DNA of 25,619 bases, from the IMG/VR virus record IMGVR_UViG_3300017909_003862, positions 1 to 25,619 of that record. One strand, given 5' to 3'. The translations under genes were made by a program, and so were the position numbers. How positions within the stretch are numbered: the first letter of the stretch is position 1; each line of letters opens with the position of its first letter. This stretch comes from a virus. Its lineage: Duplodnaviria; Caudoviricetes. This document shows positions 9,407-16,483 of this stretch, one piece after another. The notes under the pieces were generated by a model. That model saw only the letters and a program-made list of their open reading frames with translations, was not told where the DNA came from and did no database searches.

Positions 9407-9509
9407 AGATTTGTTTTCATAAAGTAAAGTGGGCAGTTTGTCTGCATACCCAGGCAGTCATAAGTGTGCCTGAAAAAGGAGTTAACTGTCTGATAAGTTA
9501 ACGACACTC

Positions 9510-10022
9510 TTACGAAAACTCAAATTGGCGTTCAAACATTGTAGGTGTTTCCCACTCTGGATCTAAACCGTCCCAATCTGAAGGAAAACTATTGACGTCT
9601 GAATCTTTGTTCTCAATAGGAACATTCATATGTGCATTATACATTTCTGCAATGATACGCATCAACCAAAAGAAATCTGTTTTAATGGTATTACCACTGT
9701 ATGGATTAATTTTAAATTTCTTGCCGTATTCTCTGGCCAATCTTTTTTCATCTCTAATTGTAGGGTTGCAGACATTTTCGTGAAATTGATGATTGTTAAG
9801 CAGATAGTCGCTCACACGTCTTACTGCTTCTACAAAATGCCTGTTTTTGATATTGTTTTGTTTTTTGAACACTATTGCTGTTTTGATAATGTTCTCTACC
9901 TTTTCGTTCGTTAGATTGTGCCAACGATTGATAAAGGTACTTCTTGGTATCTGACCATTTTCGTTGTTATACTTGTTTTGTTCTGCGATAACATCAAAAA
10001 AATCGTTCCAATCTATATTCAT
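9510..10022 (-). CDS. Hypothetical protein, 170 aa, in an autonomous sigma70-driven cassette
   Basis: AGGAG RBS, its own consensus promoter and a structured 3' UTR; no recognisable family. Confidence 0.8.
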   Translation of the reverse strand: MNIDWNDFFDVIAEQNKYNNENGQIPRSTFINRWHNLTNEKVENIIKTAIVFKKQNNIKNRHFVEAVRRVSDYLLNNHQFHENVCNPTIRDEKRLAREYGKKFKINPYSGNTIKTDFFWLMRIIAEMYNAHMNVPIENKDSDVNSFPSDWDGLDPEWETPTMFERQFEFS

Positions 10023-10057
10023 GTTGTTAACTCCTATTGTTATTTGCCATTGTTTAT

Positions 10058-10086
10058 ATTATACTATTCTTTGTCTTCTGTGTCAA
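10058..10086 (-). promoter_or_regulatory. Perfect sigma70 consensus promoter
   Basis: TTGACA (10086-10081), 17-nt spacer, TATAAT (10063-10058), upstream of ORF 9510..10022. Confidence 0.88.
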
Positions 10087-10270
10087 CCTCTTTTTTTGGT
10101 TGTTTCAATTCAAAGGCACTGCCTTCTACGACTTTGTCGTTACTTTGTTTGATTGCTTCTACAATCTCTTTGGCACGTTTTTCATCACCAATACGTTTGA
10201 ATCCATCTCTTGGATTGCCTTCATATAGGTGTTCACCGTCAGTCCATTTGTTATGTGATATTTTCTTCAT
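10064..10270 (-). CDS. Hypothetical protein, 68 aa
   Basis: AAGGAG RBS within the 3' end of terS; charged ORF. Confidence 0.65.
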   Translation of the reverse strand: MKKISHNKWTDGEHLYEGNPRDGFKRIGDEKRAKEIVEAIKQSNDKVVEGSAFELKQPKKEVDTEDKE

Positions 10271-10670
10271 CGTCAGTCTCCTTTGTTTCTACCCATGGTA
10301 GAGGTTGATTGTCTTCTGCATTAAGTGGTTGATCTGCCATGCCCAATAGGTTTTTAGCAAGAAAAATTTGAACACTTGCGTTCATATTCTTACACGCATT
10401 GTTTAGCATAGCACGTCTTAGTGTAATTTTTAGTTCTTCACGCCCTTTTGTAAGATTATCCGCAAAGTTGTAGCGTAGGGTATCCTCCTTGATGCCAAAA
10501 TAGTTTGAGATTTCGTTATCACGACATCCTAATGCCGCTAATTTTTCAACATCTTCTGGGGGAATGACTTTCTTGTCTCTACCTACAGCAATACCTTTGA
10601 TGGTTGCTTCTACTATCTTCTTAGGTTTAGGACCTGTTTTGTTTTTGCCAATGTTTGTATCTACGGACAT
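10251..10670 (-). CDS. terS: Terminase small subunit (HTH)
   Basis: HTH-like VEKLAALGCRDNEISNYFGIKEDTL and IFLAKNLLGM motif typical of small terminases; AAAGGAGG RBS; upstream of terL. Confidence 0.75.
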   Translation of the reverse strand: MSVDTNIGKNKTGPKPKKIVEATIKGIAVGRDKKVIPPEDVEKLAALGCRDNEISNYFGIKEDTLRYNFADNLTKGREELKITLRRAMLNNACKNMNASVQIFLAKNLLGMADQPLNAEDNQPLPWVETKETDDEENIT

Positions 10671-10706
10671 TGTATCCTCGCCTCCTTTGGAGTTATTGTG
10701 TGCTAA

Positions 10707-10712
10707 TATTTA
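10707..10712 (-). promoter_or_regulatory. TAAATA late-promoter-like box (terS)
   Basis: GGTAAATA, intergenic, 36 nt upstream of the terS ATG. Confidence 0.7.
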
Positions 10713-10771
10713 CCAGTTTTACCATTTTTACAGTCACTTTAGGGCAGTTTTGCACAGGCACCTGGTTTCTA

Positions 10772-10948
10772 TTAGATTTCTTCAACCACTGTAATTGTGT
10801 CGCCTTGTTTGCGAATGATTCTGTTTGAATCCCATTGACTTAGATTGTCATAATGGATACGAGCATACTCAAGATTGTCATATGTAGCAGTTTCTACAAT
10901 CTTGCCTGTGTTAGTGTTCTGCGATATTACTGTATATGTTGTTAACAT
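10772..10948 (-). CDS. Hypothetical protein, 58 aa (not in ORF track)
   Basis: MLTTYTVISQNTNTGKIVETATYDNLEYARIHYDNLSQWDSNRIIRKQGDTITVVEEI; AGGAG RBS and its own sigma70-like promoter. Confidence 0.78.
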   Translation of the reverse strand: MLTTYTVISQNTNTGKIVETATYDNLEYARIHYDNLSQWDSNRIIRKQGDTITVVEEI

Positions 10949-10974
10949 TGTGTTCTCCTAATTGTTAGATTACT

Positions 10975-11003
10975 ACGATACAGTCTAGTAGTGTGATTGT
11001 CAA
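10975..11003 (-). promoter_or_regulatory. sigma70-type promoter
   Basis: TTGACA (11003-10998), 17-nt spacer, TATCGT (10980-10975). Confidence 0.7.
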
Positions 11004-11005
11004 TG

Positions 11006-11029
11006 ATTTTGGACAACTATTTTGGACAA
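11006..11029. repeat. Tandem direct repeat ATTTTGGACAA x2, a putative operator
   Basis: Copies at 11006-11016 and 11019-11029, abutting the -35 box. Confidence 0.6.
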
Positions 11030-11037
11030 ATAACCAA

Positions 11038-11250
11038 TTAATCTCCGTACAGTTCTAAACTGTGTATATCGCACCATACTTTGAATGCTTTGGTTGGATT
11101 TTTCACTGCATATTCGCCTTCTTCTGGATTCCACCACGCTTCGCATTCATTGTCAAGTATGAACTCTGCTATCTCATACTCGTCTTCGTTGAGTGTTAAC
11201 CAATGCGTTGCTTCACGTATCGTGCTGTGCTTGCCTTTTTGATTGTCCAT
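11038..11250 (-). CDS. Acidic hypothetical protein, 70 aa
   Basis: Track ORF on the coding strand, overlapping the end of the HNH-like gene. Confidence 0.6.
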   Translation of the reverse strand: MDNQKGKHSTIREATHWLTLNEDEYEIAEFILDNECEAWWNPEEGEYAVKNPTKAFKVWCDIHSLELYGD

Positions 11251-11642
11251 CCGTCTTTTAACCTTTTATAATATACCCATTGTGGTATGCCGTTTGCTTT
11301 TGCACGTTTGAAACCTCTTGCTGAAGGTGAGTTGCAGTAACTACTGGTGTTGACTCTTGAAGTGCAATCGCCTTTGACGTAGTTGTGTGGTCCATATGGT
11401 TTTGATGGGTCACGTCTATGCAAATCACTCACGTGTTCCAAATCACCTACTGTGTCAAAAAAGTTGAGAAATCCTTCTTCGCCATATTCTTCACGACTCC
11501 ATTCATCAACTATTTCATAGTAACTGTTGTCATTGCGTAGGTATTTCTTTCTCCACTTAGGATCACATCTTTGATTCATAACATACCATATACGCCATGT
11601 TTTTAGGTATTCTTTTCTTAATTCTGTGTATAAACTGCTCAT
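11196..11642 (-). CDS. HNH-endonuclease-like protein with C-terminal DNA-binding helix motif
   Basis: KTWRIWYVMNQRC, W..F..F..VG and LHRRDPSKPYGPHNY follow the phage HNH pattern (Y..W..MK.RC ... IDRIDN..GY.P.NC). C-terminal GIP...YKRLKDGWTIKKA. Confidence 0.7.
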   Translation of the reverse strand: MSSLYTELRKEYLKTWRIWYVMNQRCDPKWRKKYLRNDNSYYEIVDEWSREEYGEEGFLNFFDTVGDLEHVSDLHRRDPSKPYGPHNYVKGDCTSRVNTSSYCNSPSARGFKRAKANGIPQWVYYKRLKDGWTIKKASTARYVKQRIG

Positions 11643-11669
11643 ATAATCTCACTGATAACGTTATATTTG

Positions 11670-11675
11670 TATTTA
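11670..11675 (-). promoter_or_regulatory. TAAATA late-promoter-like box (HNH-like gene)
   Basis: CTAAATAC, 27 nt upstream of the ATG at 11642. Confidence 0.65.
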
Positions 11676-11814
11676 GTAATATCATATAATAAGTGGCAAT
11701 TTATGAATTATTAGATATCAACTGCGTTGATATATTCGTGCAGTTTGTTCATCTCGTTTGCACTCGTTCACAAACAACACTCATAAACGCTATCGCTCAA
11801 ACAAGATTTCTTTT

Positions 11815-12266
11815 TTAAACTTGGAGTGAGTGAAATGAGATCACGCCTATTTTTTGGCATGAAAACAAATCAACTCACTCCAAATTCTTGGGATCGTTCA
11901 TGAGATCTAATTACACAACCATATAGGGTCAGTAGGTTTTGCTATCACTGATTACGTGCTATCTTACGCAACTGTTAACTGCCATTAGATAAGCAGGTGT
12001 TAACAGTTTGTTGGTTACCTTGCGGCGTGTCGTCCAACTCACTTTACATTGAGCGTTCTCAATCAACCATTAAAACTAAAGAAAGGTAAATCTTGCATGG
12101 GCAAGTCCTTTGGGCATCCAGCATAACTGGGTAGTCTTTAGAGTTACATAACAAGCAATGTCACTTACCCTCTCACATCAGAAGGGATTCAGTAGTCCAA
12201 TGTCATACGGCGGACCAACCTTGATCTTGTTTGTTTGCCTATGGGAAATGCCTGTATTGCCTTACA
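11815..12266 (-). ncRNA. Putative large structured non-coding RNA (~450 nt), family not recognised
   Basis: ORF-free stretch starting just after a TAAATA box. Stems at 11821-11831/11873-11883, 11970-11979/11999-12008 and 12048-12053/12058-12063; a GCAA tetraloop; a G:U pair that forms only on the minus strand. Confidence 0.55.
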
Positions 12267-12270
12267 CACT

Positions 12271-12276
12271 TATTTA
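12271..12276 (-). promoter_or_regulatory. TAAATA box driving the non-coding region
   Basis: ACTAAATAAG with no downstream ORF for about 600 nt. Confidence 0.6.
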
Positions 12277-12309
12277 GTATGTAGACACCAAAAGGTATAT
12301 TTTTGTGAT

Positions 12310-12492
12310 TTAGATAGATTTGAATGGTTTTACCTTGCCATTGGCATCGCGTATGATTTCGCCATCACCAATACATCCTGCCATGATGCTGTGTCCGCCG
12401 CTGTATACAAAACGTGTTGGTTTGACTTCTTCGCCACAATAAAACCTTTTATAATTGATGGATATTTGACCTTTGCGTTTTTTGACAGCCAT
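12310..12492 (-). CDS. Small basic hypothetical protein, 60 aa
   Basis: AAGGGGG RBS; MAVKKRKGQISINYKRFYCGEEVKP... Confidence 0.7.
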   Translation of the reverse strand: MAVKKRKGQISINYKRFYCGEEVKPTRFVYSGGHSIMAGCIGDGEIIRDANGKVKPFKSI

Positions 12493-12504
12493 ATGCCCCC
12501 TTAC

Positions 12505-12534
12505 AAAAGATGAAACCCCCTTTGCGGGGGTTTC
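12505..12534 (-). terminator. Rho-independent terminator
   Basis: 9-bp stem GAAACCCCC/GGGGGTTTC with a GCAAA loop, followed by ATCTTTT on the minus strand. Confidence 0.8.
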
Positions 12535-12682
12535 TGTGTTAGTGAATATAACATGATATTAGGAATATTAACAATAGGATAATTCACTAACAGTAGGAAC
12601 GCTGTAATGGCAATACAAGTTTAGATATCGTTTTTGGAATAAGTGACAGCCTATACCTCAACGGAGAATCCTTGTTCCTACA
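12505..12682 (-). ncRNA. Putative ~175-nt small regulatory RNA
   Basis: Bounded by ATAAATA (12687-12693) and the terminator. Three consecutive helices: 12593-12600/12674-12681, 12538-12547/12582-12591 and the terminator. Loops carry anti-SD sequences. Confidence 0.6.
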
Positions 12683-12973
12683 TTAGTATTTATGCATATA
12701 TCTGTAATAGTATTGTATTTGCGAACTGTTTAGGTCAAATTTGCCAGTTTCAGGATTCTCATACTTCTTGCATATACTACATTGTCTTTTGTAGTGTGTA
12801 AAAGGTGCTTTGTTTAATCTTGTGTTGAGTATTCTATTGGTTACAATAGTGCCGCAATCTTCGCAGGGTTTTGGTTTATGAATAATTTTATATTCAGGAG
12901 GCGCCGCTTCTTCTGCAACGGTTTTTTCCTTTTCTTCAATTATGCCCTGTTGTATAAGTTTTTGAAGGTCCAT
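12683..12973 (-). CDS. Zn-ribbon (CxxC...CxxC) protein
   Basis: CEDC and CSIC motifs; apparently leaderless (CTAAATA-CAGT-ATG). Confidence 0.7.
   Translation of the reverse strand: MDLQKLIQQGIIEEKEKTVAEEAAPPEYKIIHKPKPCEDCGTIVTNRILNTRLNKAPFTHYKRQCSICKKYENPETGKFDLNSSQIQYYYRYMHKY
12687..12693 (-). promoter_or_regulatory. ATAAATA box upstream of the small RNA
   Basis: Lies in the last codons of ORF 12683..12973, 5 nt before the first helix. Confidence 0.6.
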
Positions 12974-12977
12974 ACTG

Positions 12978-12983
12978 TATTTA
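12978..12983 (-). promoter_or_regulatory. TAAATA box, 4 nt before the ATG
   Basis: CTAAATACAGTATG with no Shine-Dalgarno. Confidence 0.68.
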
Positions 12984-13003
12984 GGCAGAACCTAAAACAC
13001 CTG

Positions 13004-13204
13004 TTACATATTTGAAATCAAAACGCCTATGACTGCTATTAGTTGAACGAACACAACCCCCACTCCCCAGAGAAAATATTTTTTAATTGCGTCTATGTCC
13101 GTTTGTATGTGTTTCAGATGATTGTTTTGTATGATATCTAAACGTTGCTCAAGCAATGCCATGCGTTTGTCTAACTTTGCATATGATTCGTTAATATCAC
13201 TCAT
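13004..13204 (-). CDS. XhlA-like small membrane protein (possible holin-type lysis protein)
   Basis: N-terminal coiled coil with NHLKHI and a single C-terminal hydrophobic helix (YFLWGVGVVFVQLIAVIGVLI); lies at the end of the tail operon. Confidence 0.55.
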   Translation of the reverse strand: MSDINESYAKLDKRMALLEQRLDIIQNNHLKHIQTDIDAIKKYFLWGVGVVFVQLIAVIGVLISNM

Positions 13205-13536
13205 TATGCACTCCTGTCAAGAACTTTTATTCTAAAATTACGTCTATCTACAATACCATTTGTTGTTGTAATTTTACAGGTTACAATGTAGGTTTTGTCT
13301 TTTTGTCCACCTGACAGTTCTACAAATGTTTTGTCACCTGTGATACCACTGTCTTCAATTGTAGGTGGTGTAGGATCATTTCTTCTTGCCGCAACTGTGT
13401 ATGCCACTGTGCTTAATCCATCACCTGTTTCTAAATAATCGCTCCAATTGAATGTGTAAATCAATTGTGCTTCTGGGTCTTTTGTGATTTGCAAACCTGT
13501 TGATGTTTGTTCAAATCCTGCTCTGTTAATCGCCAT
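13204..13536 (-). CDS. Virion/tail fibre-associated Ig-like protein
   Basis: KDPEAQLIYTFNWSDYL motif (KDP..LDY.FDW type), beta-rich, follows the fibre gene. Confidence 0.6.
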   Translation of the reverse strand: MAINRAGFEQTSTGLQITKDPEAQLIYTFNWSDYLETGDGLSTVAYTVAARRNDPTPPTIEDSGITGDKTFVELSGGQKDKTYIVTCKITTTNGIVDRRNFRIKVLDRSA

Positions 13537-13546
13537 TGTTTTCTCC

Positions 13547-16471
13547 TTAGGTTACTGTGTGTTCTCTTGTTTCTGCTACAATAGTATATTCTTTTGTTTC
13601 AGCAACAATTGAAAACTCACGTGTTTCTGCTGGTATAGTGTAAACAATGTCGTCAATGTTTATTATTCTACCATCAGCACTAATTGTTACTATACTATTT
13701 ATTAAACTGCTAACATCTACCTGTTTTCCAGCGGTTATTTGCGTAGATATTGCACTTGAAAGATCTGCATCTGTTTGTCTTGTACGTTTAACAACTGCTG
13801 TTAGTGTTGACTGACTTGATGCAATTATTTCGTTGTTTCTTGTTGCTACTGCCGCTACTACAAATCCACCAGCACCACCAAATGATGCACTTGCTTCTAC
13901 TGTTTTGATTGCATCAGCACTTACTGTAATTGCACTGTCTAAATCACTCTCAGCAGTAATGTTTGATGTGCCTTCTGCTTGAACAGAGAATGCACTGCTT
14001 TGTGCAGAAGCACCTTGTTTGATTATACCATATTCAGCGTCTACAGTAAATCTAATATCACTTGCAATAACATTGCCTGTGGTTTTAGTTGCTACAATAG
14101 TTAAACCTGCTACAACATCTGCATCAATCAAGAAGTCACCAATTTTAGCAACTGCTGTTAACTGTGTAGCAACTGAATCAAAGTCTGCATCAACATCACG
14201 TGTTCTTTGAACGTCTGTAGTTTGTGTAAATGCACTTGATGCACTACCACTTGCACTTACTGCCTTGATAGCGTCTGCTGTTACTGTTAAAGCACTGCTT
14301 ACAGTGGCGTCTAATTGTTTTATGCGTAAACCTGTTGTTGTAGGTTGTGTAAATGAACTTGATAGATCTGCTTCTGCATTTCTGAATGGTGATGTTTCAA
14401 CAACCAAATTAGCATTTGCTGTTACACTGCTTACGCCAAATCTTATTCTGTCGCCACTTGCAGTTGTTGTTACAGCACTTAATTGTGTGCTGTTGACATC
14501 TGTGGTTTTGGTTGCTGTAACACTTGTTGTAAACGCACTTGATACGCTTGAATCAAATGCTTTGAACAGTGTCGTTTCACTTGCTGAAAGAGCAAAAGAA
14601 CTTGAAAGAACATCATCAATGTCCGTTGTAACTTGTGCTGTTGCTGTTGCTGTAAATTGACTGTCTGCATTGATAAAGAAGTCACCAATTTTACTTGCCG
14701 CAGTAAGTTGTGTTGCAACTGAATCAAAATCACCAATTGCATTTCTTTGGACATTAACATCAAATACACCTGTAAATGCACTTGAAACACTGCTGTCTAT
14801 ATCAACTGTTTTGCTGATATCTGCACTTACTGACGCTTGTGCAGAAATTGTGCTGTCTGCTTGTTTTATTCTTGTTGCTGTTGCACTAACAGTTGCTTGT
14901 GTTGATAGTGTAGCATCTGCACCTAAAACTGCTTCTGCACTTGCTGTAAGAGTTGCTTCGCTGTTTGCTGTAGCAGTGCCTAAAAATGTGCCGCCTATTT
15001 GTGCAGAAACAGATGCTTGACTTGTTATAGTTGCATTTGCTTCTAATGTTAAACCTAAATCGTCATCAAAATTGTTGTCAAAATTATTTAAAACTCTTGT
15101 GTATTCTGTGCCTGAACCTGCAGGATTGCTTGAGTATCCTGTAATAGTGCTTGTGCCAATTTGAAAATGTAATCCATCAAAAAACATATCGCCGTTTGAC
15201 GGTACGCTGTCAATATTACGTAGAAACAACCTACCATATTGTGTGGCGTTAGTTGTTGATCCTGCAATAGCACCTGAGTAAGTAACTGTGTCAATTGATA
15301 CATTGTTAACACGTAATTCAACTGTGTTTCCGTTGTATCTTCTCAATACTATGTGTTGCCAACTGCTGTCCCAATCAGAGGCATTTAATTTTACAGCACC
15401 TACCCCTTTTAGTGTAATAATAGTTCCATCCAATTGTCTAAATCTTGCGGCAATATAATCACCATCAGCACCAATGATAAACCATGGAAAAGTGCCAGGA
15501 CTGTTAAAATCGTTACTTACATTGTTTGTGGCAGTATTAGTCAATGCCATTACAATGTCGTCTGTTAAACTATAGTTGTCATTTTCTTGCTTTGCCCAAA
15601 TTTCAAACACAAAATCCTGATCAGCGGCAATTCTGTTATTTGTAATTTCTAAACCGCTTGAAATTACATTATAACCTGGACTTTTAATTTGTAAACTGTG
15701 TGTGCCGTATTTTTTCTCACTGCTACTGAAATCTATCTCACTGCCTGTGTAAGTTGTAACGCCAGAACGTTTTTCCCAAGTAACTGGTCTACCATTTGCG
15801 GGCCATTTACTTGTAAACAGGTGTGAACTAATTGTAATGTTTATAACACTGCTACCACTTGCATTACCTGCAGTTGGTTCAATTAAGAATCCTGAAGTTT
15901 CTGTAAGATTTGAAGTTGCTACTATTGTAGCAGTTGTGTTTGCTGTAAAGTTTGCTGTAGAAGTTTGTGTGAAGGCAGAAGAGAGCGAGGCATTGTAACC
16001 TGCTGTCTTGGCACCTTGTAAACTAAGGTTAACAATGTTGCTAAGAGTTGCTTCATTGCCTGTAAATTTGCTTATTGAAGCATTCATGCTAATTGAAGAA
16101 GTAAGATCTGCTTCAATTCTTTTAACAGCACCTGTTACCACTGTAGGACTAAACAGTGCGCCAAATGAAGCACTTGCATCTACAGTTTTGACAGCAGTTG
16201 TGTCAAAGTCAAATGATATATTCAAATTTGCTTCAAGAACGCCTGCAAATCCACCATTGGCACTTAAACTAAATTGACTTGAAAGAGAAGCACTTGCTTC
16301 TACTGCTGTAACTTCTGTTAAATCTGCTGTAACACTTGATGTTATTACAAATTCAGTGCCAACATAATATCCTGGTTCAACATAACCACTTTCAACGTAC
16401 TGTTGAGGTTCAACTATAACTTCATAGTAACCTGCTTCTACATAACCACTTTCAACGTATCGTGTCGCCAT
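13547..16471 (-). CDS. Long Ala/Ser/Thr-rich fibre protein with central LamG/ConA-like domain
   Basis: 974 aa with a repetitive AxLSSxFTxT-type shaft, a LamG-like segment (DFVFEIWAK...WQHIVLRR...FFDGLHF) and N-terminal YVESGYV repeats. Confidence 0.75.
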   Translation of the reverse strand: MATRYVESGYVEAGYYEVIVEPQQYVESGYVEPGYYVGTEFVITSSVTADLTEVTAVEASASLSSQFSLSANGGFAGVLEANLNISFDFDTTAVKTVDASASFGALFSPTVVTGAVKRIEADLTSSISMNASISKFTGNEATLSNIVNLSLQGAKTAGYNASLSSAFTQTSTANFTANTTATIVATSNLTETSGFLIEPTAGNASGSSVINITISSHLFTSKWPANGRPVTWEKRSGVTTYTGSEIDFSSSEKKYGTHSLQIKSPGYNVISSGLEITNNRIAADQDFVFEIWAKQENDNYSLTDDIVMALTNTATNNVSNDFNSPGTFPWFIIGADGDYIAARFRQLDGTIITLKGVGAVKLNASDWDSSWQHIVLRRYNGNTVELRVNNVSIDTVTYSGAIAGSTTNATQYGRLFLRNIDSVPSNGDMFFDGLHFQIGTSTITGYSSNPAGSGTEYTRVLNNFDNNFDDDLGLTLEANATITSQASVSAQIGGTFLGTATANSEATLTASAEAVLGADATLSTQATVSATATRIKQADSTISAQASVSADISKTVDIDSSVSSAFTGVFDVNVQRNAIGDFDSVATQLTAASKIGDFFINADSQFTATATAQVTTDIDDVLSSSFALSASETTLFKAFDSSVSSAFTTSVTATKTTDVNSTQLSAVTTTASGDRIRFGVSSVTANANLVVETSPFRNAEADLSSSFTQPTTTGLRIKQLDATVSSALTVTADAIKAVSASGSASSAFTQTTDVQRTRDVDADFDSVATQLTAVAKIGDFLIDADVVAGLTIVATKTTGNVIASDIRFTVDAEYGIIKQGASAQSSAFSVQAEGTSNITAESDLDSAITVSADAIKTVEASASFGGAGGFVVAAVATRNNEIIASSQSTLTAVVKRTRQTDADLSSAISTQITAGKQVDVSSLINSIVTISADGRIINIDDIVYTIPAETREFSIVAETKEYTIVAETREHTVT
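16380..16459. repeat. 20-nt direct repeat ACATAACCACTTTCAACGTA x2, encoding YVESGYV
   Basis: Identical copies at 16380-16399 and 16440-16459. Confidence 0.85.
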
Positions 16472-16483
16472 CTAATGGACTCC

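Noticed and set aside
11815-12266. Group I intron, RNase P, tmRNA or tRNA identity for the structured region
   Set aside because: AAGACTAC resembles a group I P7 strand, but I found no partner strand and no interrupted gene. No RNase P, tmRNA or cloverleaf signatures were seen.
12555-12670. CsrB/RsmZ-like GGA-repeat sponge on the plus strand
   Set aside because: The promoter box and U tract favour minus-strand transcription, and the GGAs are not in individual hairpin loops. The anti-SD reading fits better, though this is not fully excluded.
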